A DNA stretch of 64,000 nucleotides from Xanthobacteraceae bacterium (GTDB lineage: Bacteria; Pseudomonadota; Alphaproteobacteria; Rhizobiales; Xanthobacteraceae). A program made the translations under genes and the position numbers. The stretch spans positions 4,290-68,289 of the forward strand of contig JARBUD010000027.1 of NCBI GenBank assembly GCA_029239875.1. The letters run 5' to 3'. Shown here in pieces: positions 38,391 to 48,583 of this stretch; position 1 is the first letter of the stretch; each line of letters opens with the position of its first letter. Below the pieces are notes generated by a model, which saw only the letters and a list, made by a program, of their open reading frames with translations, did no database searches and was not told the DNA's origin.

Positions 38391-38738
38391 ATGGCCAGGC
38401 GCCATCAGGACTATTCGCGTACGGGCTGCGCGGTCGAGGCGGCGCTGGAGATCATCGGCGCCAAGTGGAAGGGCGGCATCATCTACCAACTGCTCGGCGG
38501 CGAGCTGCGCTTCAGCGAGCTGCGCCGGCGCATGCCGGGCGTGACCCAGCGCATCCTCGCCAAGGCGTTGCGCGAGCTCGAGGCTGATGGCGTCATCTCG
38601 CGCACCGTCTATCCCACCGTGCCGCCGCAGGTCGGCTACCAGCTCACCGCGGAGGGCGAGGCGCTGCGTCCGGCGGTGATGGTCCTGCACGATTGGGGCA
38701 AGCGGCACACGCAGGCCTTCGACGTCGCCGCCGAGTGA
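38391..38738 (+). CDS. HxlR family transcriptional regulator
   Basis: 115 aa with CAVEAALEIIGAKWKGGIIYQL and RILAKALRELEADGVISR, typical of HxlR. Divergent from the dehydrogenase gene. Confidence 0.85.
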   Translation: MARRHQDYSRTGCAVEAALEIIGAKWKGGIIYQLLGGELRFSELRRRMPGVTQRILAKALRELEADGVISRTVYPTVPPQVGYQLTAEGEALRPAVMVLHDWGKRHTQAFDVAAE

Positions 38739-38808
38739 CGCCGCGGGACGCTGGCCTTCGGCGGTCCGGCTGGGTAGAAGACGTGCCGTCGAGACCTTGG
38801 ACCCGCTT

Positions 38809-40710
38809 ATGACCAGCCCGGCGCATCCCGCCAGCCCGTCGCCGAACCGGCGCTATTTCGAGCCCAAGCGGCGCAGCAAGTGGCGGCAGTGGCTCACCAA
38901 TGCCAGTCAGAAGACCGGCCGCTCGATCGGCCGGCTGCTGTTTGACGCCGAGAGCCGGCCGCGGCCCTGGCTGCGCTCGCTGCTGTTCGACGCCTATCAG
39001 CGCCCGCGCCCGGGGCTGGAGGGCGTCGTCTTCAAGGAGCCGGGCCGTCCGCGTCGGCCCTTCGCCGGCTGGCTGACCCATGCCGACGACACCCTACCGC
39101 CGCTGGTGCGCCACCTGCCGTTCCCGTTGAAGGACGAGGGACGTCGCCCCGTGATCGTCGTCGCGCAGGGCGATGCCGCGCCGGCCGAGGCGCTGGTGCG
39201 GACGCTGGCGGAGCGCCACGCGGTGATGCTGCTCGTTCTCGACGGCGCGGCGCCTTCGGGCTTCCCGGTTGCGGTCATCCCGGTCGACATTGCCGGCTCG
39301 CGCGCGCCGCGCCCCGTGCTGCTCGACGCGTTGGCGCAGCGCTCCGCCGGCTACGAGCCGCTTTTCGCCGTCGCAATCGGCCTCTGTGCGGCCGATGCCG
39401 CCGACATCATGGAACAGCGCAATATTCCCGTGGTGGCGCTCGCCGGCGCGCCGGAGGGCTATGCCGACTTCGCTGAGGCGCTGGACGTCGTGCTGGAGCG
39501 TGCGAGTGCCGTCGCCTTCCCCTCCGACGCAGCGAAGCAGGCAGCGCTCTCTTTGCTGCCGCACCGTGCCGGCCGGCGGCACCTCGTCGTCGGCGATGCT
39601 CCGGAAGACGTCGAAGCGATCGGCCGTGAGATCGGCGCGGAGCTCGACAACGAGCTGGCGCTGGTGCTCGCCACCGATCCCGCCCGGCTGGAAGTGCTGG
39701 CCATCCCGCGCGACGGCGACCCGCCAGGCGAGATCGACGTGCCAGCAAGGCTCGCGAGCCTCATCGCCGCTTGGCGACGCAAGGCGCTGCTCAGGCGCCA
39801 CCCGAACCGCCCGCCGCTGCGCCGGCCCTATTCCGGCTTCCACCCGCTGATCTATGCCGAGCACCATCCCGTCGCCTGCTTCGACGAGCGGCGCTACCCG
39901 CTGTCGCACTGGATCGAGAAGGGCCGGCCGGAAGGTCCGTGGGCGGTGCCGGTGTTCGGCCCGTTGGCGGCGCCCGTCGCCAGCCCCTTGAGGGTCGGGC
40001 TGCACGGCCATTTCTTCTATCCCGACCTGCTGCCCGAATTGCTGGAGCGGCTGGCGCCTAACGCCTCGCGGCCGGACCTCTTCCTCACCACTGATACGCC
40101 GGCCAAGGTGGAGGAGCTGCGCGCGCTGACCGCCACCTGGACGGCCAAGGTGCGCATCGACGTCGTACCGAATAGCGGCCGCGACATCGGCCCCTTCCTC
40201 ACCGCGCTGCGCGACGTGCTGACGAGCGGGGAGTACGACGTCCTTCTCCACCTCCACGGGAAGAAGACCAAGGGCCGGCGCCGGGCGATCGGCGATCCCT
40301 GGCGCAACTTCCTGTGGGAGAACCTGATCGGCGGCGAGCACCCGATGCTCGACGCGGTGCTCGCCCATATGGCGGCGCATCCGACTGTCGGCCTCGTCTA
40401 TCCCGAGGACAGCCATCTGCTCGACTGGGCGCGCAACGGCCGCGTGGTCGAGGAACTGCGGCGCGACATGGGGCTGACCGAGCCGATGGGCACCTATGTC
40501 GACTTCCCGGTCGGCAACATGTTCGCTATCCGCCCGGCAGCGCTGGCGCCGGTGCTGGCGCTCGACCTGAAATGGGGCGATTACCCGGTCGAGCCGATCC
40601 CGATGGACGGCACCGTGCTGCACGGGATCGAGCGGCTGCTGCCCATGGTGGTGCGCAAGGCCGGCTTTACCGTGGCCGCGGTGCGGGTGCCGGGCACCGA
40701 CTGGGACTGA
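38809..40710 (+). CDS. Two-domain protein: unassigned N-terminal half plus C-terminal rhamnan-synthesis-F (RgpF)-like glycosyltransferase domain
   Basis: The C-terminal ~280 aa (LHGHFFYPDLL...NSGRDIGPFL...LLHLHGKKTKG...WRNFLWENL...GLVYPED) match my recollection of the RgpF family. The N-terminal ~340 aa are unassigned. Start is uncertain (ATG 38809 or TTG 38797). Confidence 0.65.
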   Translation: MTSPAHPASPSPNRRYFEPKRRSKWRQWLTNASQKTGRSIGRLLFDAESRPRPWLRSLLFDAYQRPRPGLEGVVFKEPGRPRRPFAGWLTHADDTLPPLVRHLPFPLKDEGRRPVIVVAQGDAAPAEALVRTLAERHAVMLLVLDGAAPSGFPVAVIPVDIAGSRAPRPVLLDALAQRSAGYEPLFAVAIGLCAADAADIMEQRNIPVVALAGAPEGYADFAEALDVVLERASAVAFPSDAAKQAALSLLPHRAGRRHLVVGDAPEDVEAIGREIGAELDNELALVLATDPARLEVLAIPRDGDPPGEIDVPARLASLIAAWRRKALLRRHPNRPPLRRPYSGFHPLIYAEHHPVACFDERRYPLSHWIEKGRPEGPWAVPVFGPLAAPVASPLRVGLHGHFFYPDLLPELLERLAPNASRPDLFLTTDTPAKVEELRALTATWTAKVRIDVVPNSGRDIGPFLTALRDVLTSGEYDVLLHLHGKKTKGRRRAIGDPWRNFLWENLIGGEHPMLDAVLAHMAAHPTVGLVYPEDSHLLDWARNGRVVEELRRDMGLTEPMGTYVDFPVGNMFAIRPAALAPVLALDLKWGDYPVEPIPMDGTVLHGIERLLPMVVRKAGFTVAAVRVPGTDWD

Positions 40711-40766
40711 TCCACGCCGCGTTCGCATCGATTGCCGAGGGGCAAGGCTGAGGCTACATCACGAAC

Positions 40767-42440
40767 ATGTCCGTAGAACCCGCCGACCAGCTTCTCATCG
40801 CCTTCGCGCAGCTCAATCCGGTCGTCGGCGACATCGCCGGCAACCTCATCAAGGCGCGCGAAGCCCGCGCGCAGGCCGCCGAGCAGGGCGCCGAGCTGGT
40901 GCTGTTTACCGAGCTGTTCATTGCTGGCTATCCGCTGGAAGACCTCGTACTGAAGCCTTCCTTCCAGGCCGCCTGCCGCGTGGCGGTGGAGGAGCTCGCG
41001 AAGGACACGGCCGATGGCGGGCCGGCGGTGCTGATCGGCTCTCCCTGGGCCGATGGCGGCCGGCTGTACAATGCTGTGCTGCTGCTCGACGGCGGCCGGG
41101 TCGTCACCGCCCGCTACAAGGTCGACCTGCCGAATTACGGCGTGTTCGACGAGAAGCGCGTCTTCGCGCTGGGGCCGATGCCGGGGCCGATCCCGTTCAG
41201 GGGCGTGCGGCTCGGCGTGCCGGTGTGTGAGGATATCTGGTCGCAGGACGTGATCGAATGCCTTGCCGAGACGGGTTCGGAGATCCTGCTCATCCCCAAC
41301 GGCTCGCCCTATCGCCGCACGGTCTATGACGAGCGCATGAACGTCGCGGTGGCGCGGGTGGTCGAGAGCGGCCTGCCGCTCGCCTATGTGAACCAAGTCG
41401 GCGGGCAGGACGAGTTGGTGTTCGACGGCGGCTCCTTCGTGCTCAACGCCGACCGCTCGCTCGCCGTGCAGATGCCGAACTTCCAGGAGCGCATCCGCCT
41501 CACCCGCTGGGAGCGCTGGGCCGAAGGCTGGCGCTGCGAGGAGGGCGCTCGCTCGCCGCTGCTGCAGGAGGACGAGGCGGACTATGCCGCCTGCGTCATG
41601 GGTCTGCGCGACTATGTCGAGAAGAACCGCTTCCCCGGTGTGGTGCTCGGCCTTTCCGGCGGCGTCGATTCCGCGCTCGTTGCCGCCATGGCGGTCGATG
41701 CGCTCGGGGCCGAGCGGGTCCATTGCGTGATGCTGCCCTATCGCTACACCTCGAACGAGTCGTTCTCCGATGCCGCCGCCGTCGCCGAGGCGCTGGGCGT
41801 GCGCTACGACATCGTGCCGATCGCGGATGGCGTCGAGGCGCTGGAGAAGGTGCTGGCGCCGATGTTCGACGGCCGCCCGCGCGACGTGACCGAGGAGAAT
41901 TTACAGTCGCGCGTGCGCGGCACGCTCTTGATGTCGATCTCCAACAAGTTCGGCGCGATGGTGGTCACCACCGGCAACAAGTCGGAGATGTCGACCGGCT
42001 ACGCCACGCTCTATGGCGACATGAACGGCGGCTACAACCCGCTGAAGGACCTCTACAAGACGCAGGTCTTCCGCCTCTGCCACCTGCGCAACCGCTGGAG
42101 GCCGGCTCATGCGCTCGGCCCCTCCGGCGAGGTGATCCCCGAAAACGTCATCACCAAGCCGCCGACTGCCGAGCTGCGCGAGAACCAGAAGGACCAGGAC
42201 AGCCTGCCACCCTATGACGTGCTCGACGCGATTCTGGAGCGTCTGGTGGAACGCGAGCTGCCGGTGGCTGATATCGTGGCCGAAGGCTACGACGCGGCGC
42301 TGGTGGCGCGCGTGGAGCGCATGCTGAACATCGCCGAGTACAAGCGCCGGCAGGCGGCGCCCGGCGTGAAGGTGACGGCGCGCAATTTCGGCCGCGACCG
42401 GCGCTATCCGGTGACGAACAGGTTCCGCGAGACGGCATAG
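40767..42440 (+). CDS. nadE: Glutamine-dependent NAD+ synthase (nitrilase domain + NAD synthetase domain)
   Basis: 557 aa. N-terminal CN-hydrolase domain (VPVCEDIW) and C-terminal SGGVDS P-loop. Confidence 0.9.
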   Translation: MSVEPADQLLIAFAQLNPVVGDIAGNLIKAREARAQAAEQGAELVLFTELFIAGYPLEDLVLKPSFQAACRVAVEELAKDTADGGPAVLIGSPWADGGRLYNAVLLLDGGRVVTARYKVDLPNYGVFDEKRVFALGPMPGPIPFRGVRLGVPVCEDIWSQDVIECLAETGSEILLIPNGSPYRRTVYDERMNVAVARVVESGLPLAYVNQVGGQDELVFDGGSFVLNADRSLAVQMPNFQERIRLTRWERWAEGWRCEEGARSPLLQEDEADYAACVMGLRDYVEKNRFPGVVLGLSGGVDSALVAAMAVDALGAERVHCVMLPYRYTSNESFSDAAAVAEALGVRYDIVPIADGVEALEKVLAPMFDGRPRDVTEENLQSRVRGTLLMSISNKFGAMVVTTGNKSEMSTGYATLYGDMNGGYNPLKDLYKTQVFRLCHLRNRWRPAHALGPSGEVIPENVITKPPTAELRENQKDQDSLPPYDVLDAILERLVERELPVADIVAEGYDAALVARVERMLNIAEYKRRQAAPGVKVTARNFGRDRRYPVTNRFRETA

Positions 42441-42451
42441 CCGCCCCATTC

Positions 42452-42506
42452 GTCATCCCGGACGGCCCCGATCCCGGCTCTGCTGCGCTTCGGCCGGGAT
42501 GATGAC
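42452..42506. repeat. Family B repeat
   Basis: GTCATCCCGGACGGCCCCGATCCCGGCTCTGCTGCGCTTCGGCCGGGATGATGAC. Confidence 0.8.
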
Positions 42507-42534
42507 ATGGGAGAACCCTGTCGCCTTGTTTCAG

Positions 42535-42633
42535 CATCCTTCGAGGCGCGCTGCGCTCGCACCTCAGGATGAGGTTGTTCTTACAGATGGATCTCATCCT
42601 GAGGTGCCCGGCAAAGCCGGGCCTCGAAGGACG
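42535..42633. repeat. Family A repeat, two half-units
   Basis: CATCCTTCGAGGCGCGCTGCGCTCGCACCTCAGGATGAGG ... TCTCATCCTGAGGTGCCCGGCAAAGCCGGGCCTCGAAGGACG. Confidence 0.85.
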
Positions 42634-42700
42634 CTCAAGCAGAGCGGCACAATGACGAGCGCCCATTGCCCCGCGCTCCCGCCTCGGCGATAAGCGGCCC

Positions 42701-44050
42701 ATGTCGCACCCCGCCCCGATCCTCCGCTTCGCTCCGTCGCCGACCGGGCTGCTGCATGTCGGCAATGCCCGCACGGCGCTCTACAACGCGCTCTATGCGC
42801 GGCGCGAGGGCGGCACCTTCATCCTGCGCTATGACGACACTGACACGGCGCGCTCGACGCGAGAATTCGCCGACGCCATTGCCGAGGACATGGCGTGGCT
42901 CGGCCTGAACCCGGACCGGGTCGAACACCAGTCGGCGCGGCTGCCCCGCTATGACGCTGCGGTAGAGAGGCTGAAGGCGTCGGGCCGGCTCTACCCGGCC
43001 TATGAAAGCGAGGAGGAGCTGGAGACGCGCCGCCTCTCGCGCCGCCGGCGCGGCCTGCCGCCGCTCTACGACCGCGCGGCGCTGAAGCTGACGGATGCCG
43101 ATCGCGCGGCGCTGGAGGCGCAGGGCCGTCGGCCGCATTGGCGCTTCAGGCTGGACGGGGGCGTCGTCGCCTGGGAGGACATGGTCCGCGGCCACCAGAC
43201 GGTGGACACCGCCACGCTCTCCGATCCCGTGCTGGTGCGCGAGGACGGCTCCTATCTCTACACGCTGACCTCGGTGGTGGATGACATCGAGATGGACGTG
43301 ACCCATGTCGTGCGCGGCGAGGACCACGTCACCAATACCGGCGTGCAGATCGAGATCATCGAGGCGCTGGGCGGCACGACGCCGAGCTTCGCCCATCACA
43401 ACCTCCTGACACTGCCGAGCGGGGAGGGGCTGTCGAAGCGGCTCGGCCATCTCTCACTGAAGGCGCTGCGCGAAGAGGGGGAGGAGGCGCTGGCCGTGGC
43501 CGCGCTCGCCGTGCTGACCGGCACCTCCATGGCCGTGGAGCCGGTCGACAGCCTCGACGCACTGGCGGCGAAGATCGATTTCTCGAAGATCTCCCGCGCG
43601 CCGGCGCGCTTCGATCCCGCAGAGCTTTCGGCCCTCACCGCCGCGACGCTGCATCACCTGCCCTACGCGGCGGTGGCGGAGCGGCTCGCGGCGCTAGGCG
43701 TCGGGGGAGGCGAGGCGTTCTGGCTGGCGGTGCGCGGCAATCTCGCGCGGCTGCCGGACGCCGCCCTGTGGTGGCGGGTGGTGGAGGGGCCGATCGAGCC
43801 GGTCTTCGTGCCGGAGGATGCCGACTTCCTCGCCGTCGCCGCCGATCTGCTTCCCGCAGAATGTGGCGAGGACGTCTATCCTCGCTGGATCGCCCTCGTG
43901 AAGCCGGCGAGCGGCCGGGCCGGGCGGGCGCTGTTCCACCCGCTGCGCCTCGCGCTCACCGGACAGGAGAGCGGTCCGGAGCTGAAGGCCCTGCTGCCGC
44001 TCATCGGCCGGGAAAAGGCCGCCGCGCGGCTGCAGGGCAAGCGAGCCTGA
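42701..44050 (+). CDS. gltX: Glutamate--tRNA ligase
   Basis: 449 aa with HIGH-type motif [13 protein letters not shown] and KMSKS-type motif LSKR. Confidence 0.85.
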   Translation: MSHPAPILRFAPSPTGLLHVGNARTALYNALYARREGGTFILRYDDTDTARSTREFADAIAEDMAWLGLNPDRVEHQSARLPRYDAAVERLKASGRLYPAYESEEELETRRLSRRRRGLPPLYDRAALKLTDADRAALEAQGRRPHWRFRLDGGVVAWEDMVRGHQTVDTATLSDPVLVREDGSYLYTLTSVVDDIEMDVTHVVRGEDHVTNTGVQIEIIEALGGTTPSFAHHNLLTLPSGEGLSKRLGHLSLKALREEGEEALAVAALAVLTGTSMAVEPVDSLDALAAKIDFSKISRAPARFDPAELSALTAATLHHLPYAAVAERLAALGVGGGEAFWLAVRGNLARLPDAALWWRVVEGPIEPVFVPEDADFLAVAADLLPAECGEDVYPRWIALVKPASGRAGRALFHPLRLALTGQESGPELKALLPLIGREKAAARLQGKRA

Positions 44051-44053
44051 GCC

Positions 44054-45070
44054 TCAGGGCTTCTTGCCCGCCGGCGGCATGGCCGGGCGCGGCTGCGACA
44101 TCTCGCGGGCGGCGTCCTCGGTGACGACGATGTCGCCCTTGCGCAGCGTGGCGTCTTCTTGTTGCGACAGCGCCTGCGCCCAGCTCATGCCGGCGGGGCG
44201 GCAGGAGCAGGCGGGCACGAAGCTTTTCTTGTAGAGCAGCGCGTTGGGCAGGGACATGTAGGGCTGGCCGTTGGCGGCGACCGCCTGCTCGATGTCCCCG
44301 CCCGGATTGCGATAGGCGAAGAGCCGTGCCTCGGTGCCGGGGCACTGGCGCTGGCAGACCGCCTCGTCCGAGCCGAACTTCGCCGGGGTGGCGGCAAACG
44401 AGATCGGGAAGAAGAAGCCGTCGCAGGTGCGCACGCACACGGTGCGATAGGTCGAGACCTTCGGCATCTCCAGCGGCTGCACGTCGAGCGGGCCAGCCTC
44501 CTCGTCCATCGTCCGCGGCACGCCGAAGAGCTGTTCGAAGAAGTTGCGCGGGCGCCGGTTCATGTTGCCGTAGACGCCGCCACCTCCGCCACCCCCCTGG
44601 CCGACCGCGGCTTGGTACTGCGGGCCGCAATTGTTCTGCGCCAGGGCGTAGATGAGCTGGCGGCGCTGCTCGTCGGTGCCGCTCTGCTGGCCGCGCGCCT
44701 GCATCATCGTGCGGTCGAGCGCCGAGCGCGCCTGGGTGAGGCGGCGGTTGAGCGATTCGCACTGCGGCGGCAGCTGTGGCTGGAAGATGAGGAAGCCGCG
44801 CTTGTCGCAGCCGATCTGGCGCACCTGCTCGGAGAGATTGGCGACGTCTTGCTGCTGCTGGGCGATGGTGGCGCCGAGGTTGGGCTGTCCCTGCGGCGCC
44901 TGCCCGTTATCGAGCGCAGCGAGCTGGCCCTCAAGGCGGATGCAGGCCGAACGGTCGCCGCCGCCACCCACTGCTCCGGGGGGCATGTCCTGCGCGGCCG
45001 CGACGCCGGCGGAGGCGACAAGCAGCACGGTGGCGAGGCAGGAGGCGAGGCGAGGGCGGGTAAGCATCAT
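44054..45070 (-). CDS. DUF2865 domain secreted protein
   Basis: Start MMLTRPRLASCLATVLLVASAG (signal peptide). C-terminal block TYRTVCVRTCDGFFFPISF...CQRQCPG is typical of DUF2865. Confidence 0.7.
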   Translation of the reverse strand: MMLTRPRLASCLATVLLVASAGVAAAQDMPPGAVGGGGDRSACIRLEGQLAALDNGQAPQGQPNLGATIAQQQQDVANLSEQVRQIGCDKRGFLIFQPQLPPQCESLNRRLTQARSALDRTMMQARGQQSGTDEQRRQLIYALAQNNCGPQYQAAVGQGGGGGGGVYGNMNRRPRNFFEQLFGVPRTMDEEAGPLDVQPLEMPKVSTYRTVCVRTCDGFFFPISFAATPAKFGSDEAVCQRQCPGTEARLFAYRNPGGDIEQAVAANGQPYMSLPNALLYKKSFVPACSCRPAGMSWAQALSQQEDATLRKGDIVVTEDAAREMSQPRPAMPPAGKKP

Positions 45071-45275
45071 CGATGGCGACTGTATCAACCGGAATGTCTG
45101 GCGTCTCGTAAGCGCGGTTTGCCGGAAACCGCCGATGGACGCAATGAGCATGGCGAGCTTGTCGAAAGTTTGAACCAATCCCAACCTACCGCTGCGGCGG
45201 CTGCGGAAAGACGAGGCATGTTGCGGCGGCGCTGCACGCGCTTATATGCGGGCGGTCCTGATCCGGAGCCGCTGC

Positions 45276-45791
45276 ATGATCCGCGCTTTCGTCCGCGTCC
45301 TTCCTGTCCTCGTCTGCATCCTCGGTCTCGCCGGTGCGGCGCAGGCGCAGGAGCCCGAGCTCATCTTCAAGAAATCGACGGTCTGGAAATTTCTTACCCC
45401 GGACGACAAGCTCGCGACCTATGTGATCGACGATCCGCTCGTGCAGGGCGTCGCCTGCTATTACACCGTCCCGGAGAAGGGTGGCGTGAAGGGCATGCTC
45501 GGCGTCGCGGAGGAGGTGTCGGACATCTCCATCGCCTGCCGGCAGGTGGCGCCGATCAGCTTCGAGGGCAAGTTCGATCAGGGCGACGTGGTCTACCGCG
45601 AGAGCCGCTCGCTCATCTTCAAGAAGATGCAGATCGTGCGCGGCTGCGACGCGAAGCGCAACGTGCTGGTCTACATCGTCTATTCGGACAGGCTGATCGA
45701 GGGCAGCCCGAAGAACTCGACCACCAGCGTGCCGATCATGCCCTGGGGCACGAGCGGTGAAGCGCCGAAATGCGCCGACTATCTGAAGTGA
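45276..45791 (+). CDS. creA: CreA family protein
   Basis: Signal peptide MIRAFVRVLPVLVCILGLAGAAQA. VACYYTV, SIACRQV and VYIVYSDRLIEGSPKNS blocks are typical of CreA. Alternative ATG at 45246. Confidence 0.75.
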   Translation: MIRAFVRVLPVLVCILGLAGAAQAQEPELIFKKSTVWKFLTPDDKLATYVIDDPLVQGVACYYTVPEKGGVKGMLGVAEEVSDISIACRQVAPISFEGKFDQGDVVYRESRSLIFKKMQIVRGCDAKRNVLVYIVYSDRLIEGSPKNSTTSVPIMPWGTSGEAPKCADYLK

Positions 45792-45800
45792 GGCGGCGGC

Positions 45801-46136
45801 TTACTTGCTGCAGGTGATCGCGACGGTCTCGGCGCAGGTTCCGCCGTAGCAGGCGGTGCGCACCGGGGCGGTGCGGGCGCTGCTCAGCGTCGCATCGGAC
45901 TTCATCGTGCCGAAGCTGACGGCGCGCTCATAGTCATGCACCCGGCACCACGCATCCGCCATGGCCTGGCCGCAGGACGCGCCCGAAGCGACGCAGTTGT
46001 CGATGCCGTAGCCGTCCGACGTGTCGACGACGAAGATCGCCGTGGGCTCCTGCGCCGCTGCGAGGCCGGGCGCCGCGATGAAGGCGACAGCAAGGAGGGC
46101 CGAGCGGAGACGGCTGAAATGACGCGGCGCGGACAT
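45801..46136 (-). CDS. Small secreted six-cysteine hypothetical protein
   Basis: 111 aa. Start MSAPRHFSRLRSALLAVAFIAAPGLAAAQ at 46136. No family recognised. Confidence 0.5.
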   Translation of the reverse strand: MSAPRHFSRLRSALLAVAFIAAPGLAAAQEPTAIFVVDTSDGYGIDNCVASGASCGQAMADAWCRVHDYERAVSFGTMKSDATLSSARTAPVRTACYGGTCAETVAITCSK

Positions 46137-46453
46137 GGGATGGGTCGTTCGGTTGGTGGCGTTGAGGCGTTTCGGCGGGATTAACGCGAATGTGGCGAAA
46201 AGGTTTGAATCGAGCCTTAACAATTCCACCAAAGCGCTGCTTCCGACGGCGTCGGGAGATAGCGCCGCGCCCCTCGCGGCGTCAACCATCCTCTGGTAGG
46301 CAGGATCATGGCAGCGTGCGAACGCGCCGCCATCCGTGCGAATGCGCAGAACAGGACCGCTAGCAGCCGCCCGGCTTGACGTGGCGGGCCAAACCGAGGA
46401 CAGACGCGACGTTGCCCGCCGCCGGGCGAGGGCGCATCCAAAGGCGAGAATTT

Positions 46454-47848
46454 ATGTCGGCCACCAACGGGCAGTCGCTTCCCGAACTGAAGCTCTACAA
46501 CACGCTCACCCGCGCCAAGGAGACCTTCGTCCCCCTGGAGCCGTCGCAGGTGCGCATGTATGTGTGCGGCCCCACGGTCTACGACTTCGCCCATATCGGC
46601 AATGCGCGCCCGGTGATCGTGTTCGATCTGCTCTACCGGCTGCTGCGCCACCTCTATGGCGCCGACCACGTCAAATATGTGCGCAACATCACCGACGTGG
46701 ACGACAAGATCAACGCGCGCGCGGCCGCCGAATTCCCCAGGCTCGACCTCAACGAGGCCATCGCCAAGGTGACCTTCACCACCGAGGCGCAGTTCCATGA
46801 CGACCTCGAGGCGCTCGGTGTGCTCCACCCTGACGTCGAGCCCCGCGCGACCGAGCATATTGCCGAGATGCGGGTGCTGATCGAGAGGCTTGTCGCCTCC
46901 GGCAACGCTTATGTCGCCGAGGACCATGTGCTGTTCTCCGTGCCGTCCATGCCCGATTACGGTCAGCTCTCGCACCGGCCGCTGGAGGATATGATCGCCG
47001 GCGCCCGCGTCGACGTCGCGCCCTACAAGCAGGACGCGATGGACTTCGTGCTGTGGAAGCCGTCCAAGCCCGGCGAGCCGGGCTGGCCCTCGCCGGCGGG
47101 GATCGCCGTGCCGGGGCGACCGGGCTGGCACATCGAATGCTCAGCGATGTCGTGGAAGCACCTCGGCGAGACCTTCGACATCCATGGCGGCGGCATCGAC
47201 CTCGTCTTCCCGCACCATGAGAACGAGGTGGCGCAGTCGCGCTGCGCCTTCCACGCCAACATCATGGCCAAGGTCTGGATGCACAACGGCTTCCTGCAGG
47301 TGGAAGGCGAGAAGATGTCGAAGTCGCTCGGCAACTTCGTCACTATCCGCGAGCTGCTGGCTGACTGGCCGGGCGAGGTGCTGCGCCTCAACATGCTCAA
47401 GACCCATTACCGCCAACCCATCGACTGGACGGTGAAGGGGCTGGAGGAGAGCGTGAAGACCTTGGAGCAGTGGTTCGACGCCGCCGCGCCGGGCGCCTAT
47501 CCGCGTCCCGCTTCGGCGGTGCTGGAGGCGCTGGCGGACGACCTCAACACGCCCAGGGCCATCGCCGAGATGCATGCGCTGAAGGACCATGCCGGCAAGA
47601 AGGCGCTGGCCGGCACGCTTTCCTTCCTTGGCTTCGAGCCCGGTCCGTTCCGCGAATGGGCGGCCGCGCAGGCGCCGGAGCTGACCATCCCAGAGGCCGA
47701 AATCGAGGAGCGCATCGCCGAGCGCATCGAGGCACGCCGCAACCGCGACTGGGCCGCCTCCGACCGCATCCGCGACGAACTGATGGCCCTCGGCGTGGCG
47801 CTGAAGGACAACAAGGACGGCACCACGAGCTGGGAGCCGAAGCGGTGA
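46454..47848 (+). CDS. cysS: Cysteine--tRNA ligase
   Basis: ATG at 46454. Has HIGN and KMSKSLGN motifs. Confidence 0.9.
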   Translation: MSATNGQSLPELKLYNTLTRAKETFVPLEPSQVRMYVCGPTVYDFAHIGNARPVIVFDLLYRLLRHLYGADHVKYVRNITDVDDKINARAAAEFPRLDLNEAIAKVTFTTEAQFHDDLEALGVLHPDVEPRATEHIAEMRVLIERLVASGNAYVAEDHVLFSVPSMPDYGQLSHRPLEDMIAGARVDVAPYKQDAMDFVLWKPSKPGEPGWPSPAGIAVPGRPGWHIECSAMSWKHLGETFDIHGGGIDLVFPHHENEVAQSRCAFHANIMAKVWMHNGFLQVEGEKMSKSLGNFVTIRELLADWPGEVLRLNMLKTHYRQPIDWTVKGLEESVKTLEQWFDAAAPGAYPRPASAVLEALADDLNTPRAIAEMHALKDHAGKKALAGTLSFLGFEPGPFREWAAAQAPELTIPEAEIEERIAERIEARRNRDWAASDRIRDELMALGVALKDNKDGTTSWEPKR

Positions 47849-48348
47849 GCACGGCACCTGCCGCGGCCCTGCGCCCGATGCTGCCGGCCGACGTGCCGGT
47901 GCTCGCGGCTATTGCTGCGGCGGCGATCATGGAGCTGACCGGCGAAGATTACGACGAGGACCAGCAGGAGGCTTGGGCCGCCGGCTTCGACGATGAGGCG
48001 GCGCTGGCCGAACGCCTAGCGGGACGCCTGACGCTGGTGGCGACGCGCGGCGGCGATCCCGTCGGCTTCATCGCGCTAGCCGACAACCGGGAGCTCGACC
48101 TGCTCTATGTACATCCCGAGGTGGCGGGGCAGGGCATCGGCGCGCTGCTCTGCGACGCCATCGAGAAGCTGGCCGCGGCTCGCGGCGCTAAGAGCCTGAC
48201 GGTGGATGCGAGCGACACTGCGCTCGGCTTCTTCCAGAAGCGCGGTTACGTGCCTCGCCACCGCAACACCGTGCCGCGCGGCGGTGTGTGGCTCGGCAAT
48301 ACAACGATGGAGAAGAACCTGGAGGAGGGCGGCGGCACCGTCCATTGA
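47845..48348 (+). CDS. GNAT family N-acetyltransferase
   Basis: GTG overlaps the cysS stop (GTGA). Acetyl-CoA-binding-type block [14 protein letters not shown]. Alternative ATG at 47878. Confidence 0.7.
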   Translation: MSTAPAAALRPMLPADVPVLAAIAAAAIMELTGEDYDEDQQEAWAAGFDDEAALAERLAGRLTLVATRGGDPVGFIALADNRELDLLYVHPEVAGQGIGALLCDAIEKLAAARGAKSLTVDASDTALGFFQKRGYVPRHRNTVPRGGVWLGNTTMEKNLEEGGGTVH

Positions 48349-48443
48349 GAAGGGCGGTTCCCCTCAGACGAACCGGTCATGCCGGCTGAAGGCAGCGCAG
48401 AGCCGAAATCGCTCTCCAATCTGCCGCTCTCAGCCATAGGAAC

Positions 48444-48549
48444 GTCATCCTGAGGTGCCCGGCTTTAGGCCGGGCCTCGAAGGATGCTCGTCCGGGTGCA
48501 CCTAGGAGCCCATCCTTCGAGGCTCGCTACGCTCGCACCTCAGGATGAC
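48444..48549. repeat. Family A repeat, two inverted half-units
   Basis: GTCATCCTGAGGTGCCCGGCTTTAGGCCGGGCCTCGAAGGATG ... CATCCTTCGAGGCTCGCTACGCTCGCACCTCAGGATGAC. Confidence 0.85.
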
Positions 48550-48583
48550 GGCGCAATGTGGGAAAGCACTCAGCCTCCGCGCC

